Shown here: piece by piece, positions 1-9,545 of the stretch
Layout: each line of letters starts with the position of its first letter
Numbering within the stretch: the first letter of the stretch is position 1
Notes under the pieces: model-generated
The model's input: the letters and a program-made list of their open reading frames with translations, nothing else
What the model was told of the DNA's origin: nothing
The model's database searches: none
Translations under genes and position numbers: made by a program
NCBI GenBank assembly: GCA_964539825.1
Contig: CAZIKF010000024.1
Location: 20,794-71,295 of the forward strand
Source: an uncultured bacterium
GTDB taxonomy: Bacteria > Muiribacteriota > UBA6191
Direction: 5' to 3'
DNA: 50,502 nucleotides

Positions 1-111
1 GGGTGTTCCTTAGATCAGGATAAATAGCCAATGTCATGAACTTGTCACAGGCAAAATTTTTGATATTTTTTATCTCCCTTCATGCCTCTGGTATCAGTTC
101 TCTGGGCATAC

Positions 112-150
112 AAAAAAATCCCGCCGGAATTAGCCAGCGGGATTTTTTTG
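112..150. terminator. Bidirectional rho-independent terminator-like hairpin (stem atcccgc/gcgggat, 12-nt loop) flanked by an A-run and a T-run
   Basis: caaaaaaATCCCGCcggaattagccaGCGGGATttttttg sits directly 3' of the minus-strand ORF that ends at 159. A-tract on one side and T-tract on the other would work for transcripts from either direction. Confidence 0.6.
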
Positions 151-158
151 ATCTAGAT

Positions 159-1181
159 TTATCTTAGACTGATAACTTCCGGATAACCTGCGATTGGATT
201 TAATCCGGCAGGCGTAATCAACACTACTGCTGTGGGAATGAAAACCTTACCATCCTCACTGACCACACACCCTGGATTCATGGCATTTAGCATATCCCTC
301 AACTGGGCAGGCATTTTCTCAGCTCCGTAATTATTAACCAAGAGCAGGGTCATATCATTACTGATGAACTGAACATAGGCTGAACCATCCTCAACACCAA
401 CCTTTCTGTCGGTGATAGGTATCTGACTATCTCCCAGGGAATCAAATTTTGTTCCATCAACATCTCCCCGGATTTGAGTGTTTCCGGAGGCATCATGGTA
501 GACGTCAATTACTCCCAGGGGGCCATTAACTACAAATGAATCACCAGGAGCCCTGGGTGAGGTATGCCCAATTTTATACAATTCCTGAAAAATTTCCTTT
601 CTGGGGGAAGAAGCCGACGCACTGGGAGCATCCTTCGATGAGAGTTGAATCGGTTCTTCAAACATGGCTCGATACACCACTTTTACCCTGTTGTCCCGTA
701 CTACCTTGGTGGCATGCTTAAAAGAAGCCCACAGACCGGTGTCGAAATCATCTCCCTGGGCATCAATCACACCAATGATAAAGTTGCCTACAATACCCCC
801 CATAGCGCGCATATTGACCGCATTTAGAAACTGGTCCTTAAATCCCGTCCGAGAAACCTTCAGTTGCATACCGATGAATTTGCCCCACAGAATATTAACC
901 ACGGCAGCAGGAAGTTTAAATTTACCCTCTTTATCTGCAATGGCTGATAGCTCTTTGATTACAAAGGTCTTCTTATTTTCATCAAGCATCCCATCGCGGG
1001 TACCAATAAATGAGACCAAAATTGAAGCATCCGAGAGTACCCTACCGGAATCTTTTTCTAGAACTTGACCCGTCACAGACGGTATAAAATTTAGCAGACT
1101 TGAAGCTGAAACAGCCGACAGACTAACCGCACAGACAAGAGCTGTGGCCAAAATTTTTCTCAACATACCGATCCTCCCCAA
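159..1181 (-). CDS. Secreted hypothetical protein (N-terminal signal peptide MLRKILATALVCAVSLSAVSA)
   Basis: 340-aa ORF with a hydrophobic N-terminus followed by an Ala-Ser-rich signal-like motif. No motif I recognise. Terminator immediately downstream. Confidence 0.55.
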   Translation of the reverse strand: MGRIGMLRKILATALVCAVSLSAVSASSLLNFIPSVTGQVLEKDSGRVLSDASILVSFIGTRDGMLDENKKTFVIKELSAIADKEGKFKLPAAVVNILWGKFIGMQLKVSRTGFKDQFLNAVNMRAMGGIVGNFIIGVIDAQGDDFDTGLWASFKHATKVVRDNRVKVVYRAMFEEPIQLSSKDAPSASASSPRKEIFQELYKIGHTSPRAPGDSFVVNGPLGVIDVYHDASGNTQIRGDVDGTKFDSLGDSQIPITDRKVGVEDGSAYVQFISNDMTLLLVNNYGAEKMPAQLRDMLNAMNPGCVVSEDGKVFIPTAVVLITPAGLNPIAGYPEVISLR

Positions 1182-1566
1182 TGAATTCCTTTGTGTTGCT
1201 CGATTTTCTAATTCGCGAGTCGAAATCGTAACACAAAAAATGGAAAAAGATCACTTTTTTCAGCCCGATTATAGATGAATCTGGTAGGGCTTATGGGCAG
1301 TGATGAAGGCCTTTTCAGGAACCGACCACATTGCTAACAAAGGTAGCCCTTCTGGTTAAGAAAAAGTGAAGGTTGATGGTTACCCAACCAGCCGTCCCCT
1401 GATTTCCCGTGCAGGATACACAAATTGCAATTCAATTCGAGCGTAGGGAGAGCACAATGCAAGGTTTTTATGGCAGCCTTCTTCCCATAATCTTGGTCCT
1501 AGCAGCCTGTCGGAGAAATGCCTTTTACTGCGACCGGCTGCAAAAAGCAGGCTCGGCGTTGTCACC

Positions 1567-1615
1567 AATAAAATCGCTCTCAATGTGCTTCAAGCACACC
1601 TTCGGCGATTTTATT
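1567..1615. promoter_or_regulatory. Perfect 11-bp inverted repeat (aataaaatcgc / gcgattttatt) around a 27-nt spacer that holds an inner palindrome gtgcttcaagcac
   Basis: Read directly from the sequence. Nested hairpin in a region with no convincing CDS (1200-1700), upstream of ORF 1686..2393. Confidence 0.4.
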
Positions 1616-1685
1616 GCCTCCGCCTTGATCCTGAATTTTTCGCTCGGTCTCGCTACAAACTCAATTCTCCGACAGGGTCCTAGGA

Positions 1686-2393
1686 TTGGATCGAAACTTG
1701 CAGATTGGCTGCGGGAGCGTAACGTTGGGAGTAAACATGTCTTTTCTTCTGCAAAGGGCTGACATTTTCACCCTGGAACACCTGATGATCCATGCATTGC
1801 GCGAGGATTTTTCGGAAAAGAGAGACTTAACTTGTTGCTGTAGATTTCAATCAGAAATGTATCGCAATCACTCGGGAAGAAAGAGAAATCTGTCTAACCG
1901 ATGCATTTTTCACGGGCCAGCCTACCTAAGCCCCCGGGGAAGAAGGATCAACCTGGTAGGGCAAATTCTTCAGAAGTCTTTTCCAGGTTTATTTAGACAG
2001 GTCTTATTACAGCGCAATGAATACGTACTATTCGGTACTCAAGAACGTCACATCAATTTAAATACCCATGATATTGGGCCGCTCAATTCAATGTTAAAAG
2101 GAGTCTTGAAACTCGCCTTGTCCAGTGGGGCCAAAAAACTTGTCTTCGGAGATGAGTATTGTACCGGCGGCTACTTCGAGATTAACTCGATGAGAGACTG
2201 GCCGTTTCATCTGCCCGATGATGTCTACTCAAGTCTGGTCGGGTCACTGGTTAGATTCATGAATTCCCTGAGAACTAAGGAATTTGAGCTGACGGTAGAT
2301 GGGGAAGATAAAAGATACAGATGCCTCATTGAGAGCACTGGCCGTGCCTGGGGAGATTATCTGTTAATCAAGATTGAGCAAGAATTTACATAG
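1686..2393 (+). CDS. Hypothetical protein (start codon uncertain)
   Basis: 235-aa ORF with no recognisable motif. The N-terminal region is Cys/Arg-rich and may be non-coding; the true start could be an internal Met. Confidence 0.3.
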   Translation: MDRNLQIGCGSVTLGVNMSFLLQRADIFTLEHLMIHALREDFSEKRDLTCCCRFQSEMYRNHSGRKRNLSNRCIFHGPAYLSPRGRRINLVGQILQKSFPGLFRQVLLQRNEYVLFGTQERHINLNTHDIGPLNSMLKGVLKLALSSGAKKLVFGDEYCTGGYFEINSMRDWPFHLPDDVYSSLVGSLVRFMNSLRTKEFELTVDGEDKRYRCLIESTGRAWGDYLLIKIEQEFT

Positions 2394-2481
2394 GTAAACC
2401 TGAACTTGCGGCACTGCCATCATCATAGGTATGGGGTACTGAAAGCTTACCTTTTTCTTTTCTGTTACCCTGAACGCTAGA

Positions 2482-3348
2482 ATGAAGTTCTTTCAAGTTG
2501 ACGCGTTCACCAAAAATTTTCGTGGAGGAAATCCAGCCGGAGTTGTCTTTCAAGCGGAGTTCCTTTCTGAGAGCCAGATGCAAGCGCTGGCAAGTAGGGC
2601 AGCATTTTCAGAGACCGCGTTCGTCCTGGAATCTCAAACGGCCGATCATCGCCTGCGATTTTTTACTCCCTGGCGGGAAGTGGGAATTTGTGCCCATGCG
2701 ACTATGGCCGCCTATCATCTCATGCTTGAACAGGGAGTCCTGCACACAGGGACCCATAAAATGGAAACCCTGGCAGGCATACAGGAAGTCAAAATCGCAT
2801 CCGATGGTATGTGTTCCATGACCCAGAATCTCCCGCAGTTCGGGATGAAAGTCGCGCCGGAGATCCTGGCACCAGCACTTGGGCTGCTTCCCGCTGAGGT
2901 ATCCGACCAACTACCCATCCGTGTGGTTTCAACCGGTTTAAAGAAGATTTTCGTACCGATAGCAAACCTTGAAATCTTGAATCGGGTCAAATTTGATTTA
3001 AAGGCAATTGATAGAATTAGCCGAGATCATGATGCTATTGGGGTCTATGTTTTCTCCCTGGAGTCGGTAGAAAATTCAACCGCGCATTGTCGAAATTGCG
3101 CGCCTACCGTTGGAATTGAAGAAGACTCCGCAACCGGAACCTCAGCTGCTGCGTTAGCATGTAACCTCTTCGAAAATGGAATCCTCGAGGATATAGGAGA
3201 TGCATATCATAGGTTCGAACAAGGATACTGCATTGCCCGGCCCTCTGAGATTCTGGTTCGGTTGATTACAAAGAAGGCTAAAATTGAAGAGGTTTGGGTG
3301 GCGGGGCGATCCGTAACAATTCGCGAGATGGAGTTTAGCGCCCAGTGA
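2482..3348 (+). CDS. PhzF-family phenazine-biosynthesis-like isomerase (PBLD-like)
   Basis: N-terminus MKFFQVDAFTKNFRGGNPAGVVF is the classic PhzF opening (QVDAFT...GNPA.VV). Length 288 aa fits the family. Confidence 0.85.
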   Translation: MKFFQVDAFTKNFRGGNPAGVVFQAEFLSESQMQALASRAAFSETAFVLESQTADHRLRFFTPWREVGICAHATMAAYHLMLEQGVLHTGTHKMETLAGIQEVKIASDGMCSMTQNLPQFGMKVAPEILAPALGLLPAEVSDQLPIRVVSTGLKKIFVPIANLEILNRVKFDLKAIDRISRDHDAIGVYVFSLESVENSTAHCRNCAPTVGIEEDSATGTSAAALACNLFENGILEDIGDAYHRFEQGYCIARPSEILVRLITKKAKIEEVWVAGRSVTIREMEFSAQ

Positions 3349-3370
3349 GCCAGGTTAAGAGAGACACAAG

Positions 3371-4222
3371 ATGGGTCTGAGTTTAAAATCAAAGAGGCGT
3401 GTGGGAATTGTTGGTTTTGGAGAGTTGGGCCAATTCCTGGTCGAGAGTCTCATGAATGATCCACAGGTAAATGCCACCCATGAATTGGCTTTTGTATGGA
3501 ATAGAAATTTGAAAGTTCTTCACCAAAAGCTCCCTTCTGAATTAATCTTGGCGGAGTTGAAAGAATTCGCGGGACGTAAGCCTGACTTGATTGTGGAAGT
3601 AGCACATCCCAATATCACGAAGGAATTCGGGCGTCGTTTTTTATCCAGGGTGGATTACATGGCAGGATCTCCCACCGCGTTTGCGGACCCGGGTATCGAG
3701 TCATCTATGATGGCAGCGGCAAACCAGGCAAATGGGCACGGGCTCTATGTGCCGCGAGGAGCTCTTCCCGGCCTCGATGAGGTTCTGAGGATGGCCGAAA
3801 GAGGTCAATTGGCTGAGGCTGAGATTGTCATGAGGAAGCACCCTGAGAGTATTCATTTTCAGGGTTCTTTAGATCCACCATTGAGCGAGACCATCTCAAA
3901 GCAGGAACTCTATAGCGGTCCCCTCAGAAAACTCTGTCCTTTGGCCCCTAACAACGTTAACACCATGGCTGTCTTAGCCATGGCCAGTCGACTTGGTTTT
4001 GACAAGGTCCAGGCCACCCTGGTGGCTGATCCCGGCCTTCAGCACCATATTACAGAGGTGCACCTGTTTGGTCCCAAGACATCAGGCCCCAGGTATCGCT
4101 TAAGCCTGATACGGGAAAGCCCGGCTGGAGTGGGGGCTGTTACCAGCACTGCTACCCTTACTACCTTTCTTACCAGTATGCTCGGGTCCCAGGGCGATGG
4201 GGATGGGGTTCATTTCAAATAA
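3371..4222 (+). CDS. Aspartate dehydrogenase-domain NAD(P) oxidoreductase, close in sequence to eukaryotic ASPDH
   Basis: VGIVGFGELGQ Rossmann start, ...VWNRN..., PDLIVEVAHPNI, RGALPG, LCPLAPNNVNTMA, LGFD.V...LVADP, PAGVGAVTSTAT. These line up along the whole length with human ASPDH as I recall it. Starts 22 bp after the PhzF-like gene. Confidence 0.8.
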   Translation: MGLSLKSKRRVGIVGFGELGQFLVESLMNDPQVNATHELAFVWNRNLKVLHQKLPSELILAELKEFAGRKPDLIVEVAHPNITKEFGRRFLSRVDYMAGSPTAFADPGIESSMMAAANQANGHGLYVPRGALPGLDEVLRMAERGQLAEAEIVMRKHPESIHFQGSLDPPLSETISKQELYSGPLRKLCPLAPNNVNTMAVLAMASRLGFDKVQATLVADPGLQHHITEVHLFGPKTSGPRYRLSLIRESPAGVGAVTSTATLTTFLTSMLGSQGDGDGVHFK

Positions 4223-4261
4223 GACAGGAAATTTTCAGTTATTAAGGGAACCCTCAGGGAT

Positions 4262-4594
4262 ATGGATCATCAAGAAATCGTTAATAAATACCTGAAATGC
4301 TTTTGTTGCGGAGATCTTGATTGCTTAGGAGCCATTCTCGACCCTGAATTAAGGTTTTCAGGACCACTTCATTACTTTGATTCTGCCAGTCAATACCTGG
4401 AATCTTTGCAAAATGATCCACCGGAAGCGTGTACCTATAAGATCTTGAGCATCACCGAAAGCGTAGATTCCATCGCTGTCTTCTACGAATATCAGAAAAT
4501 TGAAAGTACTGTTCTCGTAGCTCAGCTATTCAAGATTCGAAGTCACAAGATCTATGAAATCCTGCTAACTTTTGATGTTCGATCCCTGATCTGA
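4262..4594 (+). CDS. NTF2/SnoaL-like small protein
   Basis: 110 aa. Opens with 'VNKYLKCF..GDLD.L..IL.PEL.F.GP', typical of SnoaL-like/NTF2-fold proteins. Confidence 0.45.
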   Translation: MDHQEIVNKYLKCFCCGDLDCLGAILDPELRFSGPLHYFDSASQYLESLQNDPPEACTYKILSITESVDSIAVFYEYQKIESTVLVAQLFKIRSHKIYEILLTFDVRSLI

Positions 4595-5260
4595 GAGTAA
4601 TTCTCTTAGTACGGATTGATTCTTGGTGTAGTGGTATTCAATCTGTTGCTCGCTAAACCGATGATTTTTCCCCAGCGGGCAGGAATCTCGAACCTTGAGC
4701 CACTCGCGCCAGGTGCTGTCCTTTCGCATAGCTACTTGAAAGGCAGGGATGCATCCATGTTCACAGCTGCTACAGGGATTTTCCTGGAGCTCATTCTCGG
4801 TAGTCTGTAGGCCAATCTCCAAGACCAGGGCAGCTCTTAATGAGAACCAGGATCCGTAATGAGGATGAACACTTAGATGAGACTTACTAAGAAATGCCAA
4901 TCCGGAATATTGAGCTAGCTTTTGGAAGGAGATATGAAAGGGTTCCGGTCGATGAGCATAGCGAATTCTATGCTTGATGGGAAGATCTCGGAGGCATTCA
5001 AGTAGTGTGAATTCTACAAAGTCATCAAATGGGTTCTTTCGGTTAATCCATTCATCGTGGAGTTGAAGATGTCCTAAAAAGTGAGGCCAGATGGACCTGG
5101 TGTTTCCAACCAGGATTCCAGCCCCGGGAGAATCGCTATGAAAACGGTTCTCTGCATTGACCCGGCGATTATAATCTTGGACAGAAAACGTTTGAAACAG
5201 ATCGAAGCCAGCCTTATTCAGCAGTTTTTTTAGATTATTTATAGAACTCTCAGGATTCAT
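4565..5260 (-). CDS. Hypothetical Cys-motif protein; C-terminal region reminiscent of epoxyqueuosine-reductase (QueG)-like proteins
   Basis: HPHYGSWFSLRAALVLEIGL resembles the QueG 'GSWFFLGEILTDL' segment and is followed by CSSCEHGC. No canonical 4Fe-4S CxxCxxCxxxCP motif, so the assignment is weak. Confidence 0.4.
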   Translation of the reverse strand: MNPESSINNLKKLLNKAGFDLFQTFSVQDYNRRVNAENRFHSDSPGAGILVGNTRSIWPHFLGHLQLHDEWINRKNPFDDFVEFTLLECLRDLPIKHRIRYAHRPEPFHISFQKLAQYSGLAFLSKSHLSVHPHYGSWFSLRAALVLEIGLQTTENELQENPCSSCEHGCIPAFQVAMRKDSTWREWLKVRDSCPLGKNHRFSEQQIEYHYTKNQSVLRELLSDQGSNIKS

Positions 5261-5413
5261 GAGAGACAGGGTACTTCAGCTCTCCTGTGCGGTCATCTGG
5301 TATTTTATCTTTGTACAGCTCCACTCTCCTCCCTGCAAAAATGTCCCTATTTAGAGTAGATCTGATCAACGATTCAGGTTGACCGGCATTTTTTTTTTGA
5401 GGACAATAGGCCT

Positions 5414-7009
5414 ATGACCAGTCTGGACTTCATTGCAGTTATTTTGTATTTCGCTGTGGTCGCGGCGATCGGGTATTGGTCGAGCAAGAAAAGCTTGAAG
5501 GACTCCAACTCTTACTTCCTTGCAGGAAAGGGAGTGGGATGGATGGCAATTGGAGCAAGTCTATTTGCCAGTAACATCTCCGCGGAACACTTTATAGGTC
5601 TCGCGGGTACTGGAGCTTCCAGTGGATTTGCAGTTGGTCAATTTGAATGGTTGGCCTGTCTTATTCTTCTGCTTCTAGGTTGGCTTTTTGTCCCTCTCTA
5701 CTTAAGAATCGGTGTATTTACCATGCCGGAATTTCTAGAGAGAAGGTATAACCGTCAGTGCCGAACCTACCTGGCCAGCGTTTCTCTGCTCGCGTATATC
5801 TTCACAAAAATCAGTGTGGCTGTTTTTGCCGGTGCTCTTGTACTTAAGGTTATTCTTGGCTGGAACATCTGGGTAGGAGCGATCCTTCTAATTGTTTCAA
5901 CGGGTATCTACACAGTCTTTGGTGGATTGTTGGCTGTAATATATACCGATTTTCTGCAGGCCTTTATCCTGATTGCAGGGGCCATTGTCCTGACGGTGAT
6001 TAGTGTTTTAAAGGCGGGTGGGATGGGAATCGTGGTTGGGGTTTTGGAGCCTTCCTTTTTTTCTGTCTGGCATCCGATGAGTCATCCTGATTTTCCCTGG
6101 ACTGGAATATTGTTCGGTGCGCCGATTCTCGGTGTCTGGTACTGGTGTACCGATCAGATGATCGTGCAGAGAACCCTGAGCGCTAAGAGTATTCCCGAAG
6201 CGCAAAAGGCCACTATATTCGCAGGCTTCTTAAAGATTTTGCCCGTTTTTATTCTAGTTTTACCTGGAATGGCTGGAAGGATAATCTTTCCTGAAGTTGA
6301 GGCCAATCTCATTTACCCTACCATGGTAAATACCTTGCTGCCCTCTGGTATCAAAGGATTAGTGATCGCGGCTTTATTGGCAGCTCTGATGAGTTCGCTA
6401 TCGAGCGTGTTTAACTCCAGCTCTACCTTGTTTGTGATGGATTTTTATAAGCGTTGGTACCCAAAATCAAGTGAGAGGGAGCTTGTGCGAGCCGGTCAGT
6501 TCGCTACGATTGGCCTGGTGATTACTGGTCTCTTATGGCTTCCTTTTCTGGGTTTTATGAGTGAACAGCTCTATGTATATCTACAGTCAGTACAGGCATA
6601 TATAGCGCCCCCCATAGCGGTAGTGTTTCTTCTTGGAATTCTGTGGAAACGAGGCACCGCTAAAGCGGCGATCCTCACACTCTACTCAGGATTTGTTTTG
6701 GGAGCGATTAGATTTGGTTCTGAGGTGGCGGTAAAGGGAAATTTCACCTCCAATGCCCTGCTAAAGTCCCTGGTAGACATCAATTTTCTACATTTTGCCG
6801 TGTTATTGGCTGTGATTTCCCTGGTTGTTTTTATTGGAGTTTCGTTAGTGACCACACCTCCGGACGAGCAAACCATGGAGATGTTCCGGGCTGAAGCGGT
6901 GGCAAGAGATGACGCAGGTGACACTCAGATCAACATAGTCTTAAGTGGAATTCTAGTCTGCATAGTACTGGGGTTGTGGGTGTATTTCAGTCCCCTGGTC
7001 TTTACGTAG
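5414..7009 (+). CDS. Sodium:solute symporter (SSS family) transporter
   Basis: 531 aa and polytopic. Typical SSS N-terminus (YFLAGK...W..GASLFASNISAEHFIGLAG) and 13-14 predicted TM segments. Confidence 0.85.
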   Translation: MTSLDFIAVILYFAVVAAIGYWSSKKSLKDSNSYFLAGKGVGWMAIGASLFASNISAEHFIGLAGTGASSGFAVGQFEWLACLILLLLGWLFVPLYLRIGVFTMPEFLERRYNRQCRTYLASVSLLAYIFTKISVAVFAGALVLKVILGWNIWVGAILLIVSTGIYTVFGGLLAVIYTDFLQAFILIAGAIVLTVISVLKAGGMGIVVGVLEPSFFSVWHPMSHPDFPWTGILFGAPILGVWYWCTDQMIVQRTLSAKSIPEAQKATIFAGFLKILPVFILVLPGMAGRIIFPEVEANLIYPTMVNTLLPSGIKGLVIAALLAALMSSLSSVFNSSSTLFVMDFYKRWYPKSSERELVRAGQFATIGLVITGLLWLPFLGFMSEQLYVYLQSVQAYIAPPIAVVFLLGILWKRGTAKAAILTLYSGFVLGAIRFGSEVAVKGNFTSNALLKSLVDINFLHFAVLLAVISLVVFIGVSLVTTPPDEQTMEMFRAEAVARDDAGDTQINIVLSGILVCIVLGLWVYFSPLVFT

Positions 7010-8699
7010 AAAAGCCCGCCAGCACAGAGTTGGAGTTCAACAATTCCCGAAAATTCCACCTCCCCTCTTCATAGCGAATTTCATGGGTCGCTACTTCTTC
7101 CATAAACCTTCGATCATGCTCGATGAAAAGAAGTGTTGGCTCCTCTCTTAAAATCATTTCCTCCAGTTGTTGGCGACAGGCCATGTCAATGAAATTAAGC
7201 GGTTCATCCCAGATTCTCAGATCGACAGGTGCGATAAGGCTCAAGGCCAGAGAGATTTTCTTCTTTTGGCCCTCACTAAGCTCGCTACAGGGATGGTTCA
7301 GCACCTTCGGGTCCACTCCCAGGCTTCCCACGGTATTGCATAGTTGGGTATAGGACAGATCCCACTTTCTGCAAACGTCTTCTATTTTTTCCTCCCAATA
7401 GGGATCCTGGGACGAATAAGATGTAGACAATCCCGGGTACCAACCGGCCGACCCTGAGTATTGCGAAAGGGAAGAGTGCTCCTGGAGTTTTGACATCGAG
7501 ATTGGTTGGGTGGCGAGAGTTTTGATCAGTAGATGAATCAGACTGGACTTCCCACAGCCATTGTACCCTCTAATTGCAACTCTATCCGTATTCTTAATTA
7601 CGAAATCCAAGTGATTGCATAGCTGGGCGCTTTCTTTGATTCCGAAGCGCAGGGAGTGGACATTCAGGAGAGTCTTAGTCCCGGAGAACGAACTAGATCT
7701 ACTGGATTGGCAGGTAAGTGAATAGCTATCTTCTAGCTGTTCCACCAGGTCCTTTTTTTCTTCCATCCGATCTTGAGCCATTTGCCTGGCATGGATGGCC
7801 CGTTTCATCATTTTCGCAGCCCGGGCTCCAACAAATCCTTTATCATAGGCTCCGATCTTGTCTTTCTCCCTCTGTAGGGACCAGCCCTTTTTTGCCTGGT
7901 AGACGATGTCCAATCTACGGATCTCCTTTCTGAGTTTTTCATTTGAGTTTTCGATGAACACTTTATGCTTCCATAGGGCATCTTCGAATTCCTCGAATCC
8001 CGAGCGGTAAAGTTCAACAGAACCGTTTTGCAAATGAGCTACGTGATCTACACATTGGTTCAAGAAGTACCTGTCGTGGGAAATTAGCAGAAATCCCTTT
8101 TGTCTTTGCAGAAACCGGGCAACTGCACCACGAGCCCATTCGTCAAGGTGATGGGTAGGTTCATCAAGGATGACATAGGAATTCGGCTTTAAAAAAAGAG
8201 CCGCTAACATTACACGGGTTTTTTCACCACCACTGAGACTGGAGAATTCCCTGCGAAGTAGCGAGTGATCAAGCTGCATTTGCGAAAAGACCTGTTCCAT
8301 GCGGGTTTCGAAATCGTGCCACCCATGGCTCTCCAAGAGATCCAGGCAACTTTGAATCCCATCAAGATCTTCGCATTGTGAAAAGTGCTCCAATTCATGA
8401 ACCCACTTTGAAAATGGGGCCACGACTTGTTCCACAACTTCACTGACGAGTCCTTTTTGACTGTCTATGTCTTTGTAAACCGGAAGAAAACTCACTGAAC
8501 CTGGTTGCTGGATTTTTCCTGAACCCGGGATCAATCTCCTCTCTATGAGACGTACGAGAGTACTCTTCCCGCACCCGTTTTTACCCACCAAAGCTAGTTT
8601 CCAGATCAGATCCCATTCAAAGCTCAACTCCTGAAAAAGAGGGTAGGACATATTCTCATATTGAAATTCCACATTTGAAAAATGAATTTTGGACTGCAT
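7002..8699 (-). CDS. ABC-F family ATPase (two ABC domains, no transmembrane domain)
   Basis: Two Walker A motifs (GKNGCGKST and GYNGCGKSS). Two signature motifs (LSGGEKTRV and a divergent LSEGQKKK). Walker B ILDEPT. Charged inter-domain linker. Tail overlaps the symporter 3' end by 8 bp, convergent. Confidence 0.85.
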   Translation of the reverse strand: MQSKIHFSNVEFQYENMSYPLFQELSFEWDLIWKLALVGKNGCGKSTLVRLIERRLIPGSGKIQQPGSVSFLPVYKDIDSQKGLVSEVVEQVVAPFSKWVHELEHFSQCEDLDGIQSCLDLLESHGWHDFETRMEQVFSQMQLDHSLLRREFSSLSGGEKTRVMLAALFLKPNSYVILDEPTHHLDEWARGAVARFLQRQKGFLLISHDRYFLNQCVDHVAHLQNGSVELYRSGFEEFEDALWKHKVFIENSNEKLRKEIRRLDIVYQAKKGWSLQREKDKIGAYDKGFVGARAAKMMKRAIHARQMAQDRMEEKKDLVEQLEDSYSLTCQSSRSSSFSGTKTLLNVHSLRFGIKESAQLCNHLDFVIKNTDRVAIRGYNGCGKSSLIHLLIKTLATQPISMSKLQEHSSLSQYSGSAGWYPGLSTSYSSQDPYWEEKIEDVCRKWDLSYTQLCNTVGSLGVDPKVLNHPCSELSEGQKKKISLALSLIAPVDLRIWDEPLNFIDMACRQQLEEMILREEPTLLFIEHDRRFMEEVATHEIRYEEGRWNFRELLNSNSVLAGFST

Positions 8700-9021
8700 A
8701 TTTCCTCCCGTTTACAGGACCGGGGAATCCGAAGGAAAAACGCGAAAAGACTAATGGGGAATTTCGAAGAAATGCGCTGAAAACGGATTCTAAAGGTCCT
8801 GGTTCATGTTTATGAATCAGTTTCCTTTAGTGATCTCTCTTCATGATGGTTCTCAGCATTATTGCCCACACAAGGTGGGATGCTCGATACTACGCATGCA
8901 AAATGAATTTGTTTCAGGATTTTCCAATTCATGAAAAACCTCCCCTGTCTTTTAAAGTTGTTGGAGGAAGATGAGACTGGATGGGTTCTTTGCTATCCTC
9001 TGAAGGAGAGATTTATCTGCC

Positions 9022-9540
9022 ATGAAGTTCTTTTCATCAGTTTTACTCACCAGGTTTATTTTTTGGTTCCTGGTTGGCGGTGTGTGGGCTTCTTCACCAG
9101 CAATGACAATGAAAGCTCCCAAATTCATAGCTGTTGAGGAGATGGGTTCCATCGATGGTCTGAAATACACGACAGCCATAGGCTCTGCTGACCGGGAGAA
9201 ACAACGAACCTACGATAGCGAGTTAAGGTCAGTCTGGAGCCAGGTACAATCGTCGGTGCTAACAAATATCTCTACAAAATTGGTTCAATCCATTTCAAGA
9301 TGGGCAAAAAAACAGATGCTTACCTATGATTACAATTCTCCTCAAAGGACATTGGACTTCCAGTCTACCCTTTGGCTTGATGCGACCAAGACAAGTCTCC
9401 TTTATGAAGCCACTCTCGAAACCCTGCCGTCCCATCATCAGCTGGTTACTCGCTGGCTGAAACTCTATTTGATTTATCAACTGGAGAATCAAGAAATTTC
9501 TACCGCGATTCTGACCATTCGCGGGCAAGTACTTGAGTAA
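9022..9540 (+). CDS. Secreted hypothetical protein
   Basis: 172 aa with a signal-like N-terminus MKFFSSVLLTRFIFWFLVGGVWASSPA. Ends 5 bp before the esterase gene, so probably co-transcribed. Confidence 0.45.
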   Translation: MKFFSSVLLTRFIFWFLVGGVWASSPAMTMKAPKFIAVEEMGSIDGLKYTTAIGSADREKQRTYDSELRSVWSQVQSSVLTNISTKLVQSISRWAKKQMLTYDYNSPQRTLDFQSTLWLDATKTSLLYEATLETLPSHHQLVTRWLKLYLIYQLENQEISTAILTIRGQVLE

Positions 9541-9545
9541 GGAGT

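Noticed and set aside
536-1068. Plus-strand ORFs 536..721, 645..827, 664..1068 inside the 159..1181 minus-strand gene
   Set aside because: They are fully embedded in a longer ORF with a convincing signal peptide and a terminator. The amino-acid composition (Pro/Ser/Thr/Arg-rich, many Trp) looks like out-of-frame translation.
1409-1762. 117-aa ORF over the nested-hairpin region
   Set aside because: Cys/Arg-rich low-complexity translation spanning an obvious RNA or DNA secondary-structure element. More likely non-coding.
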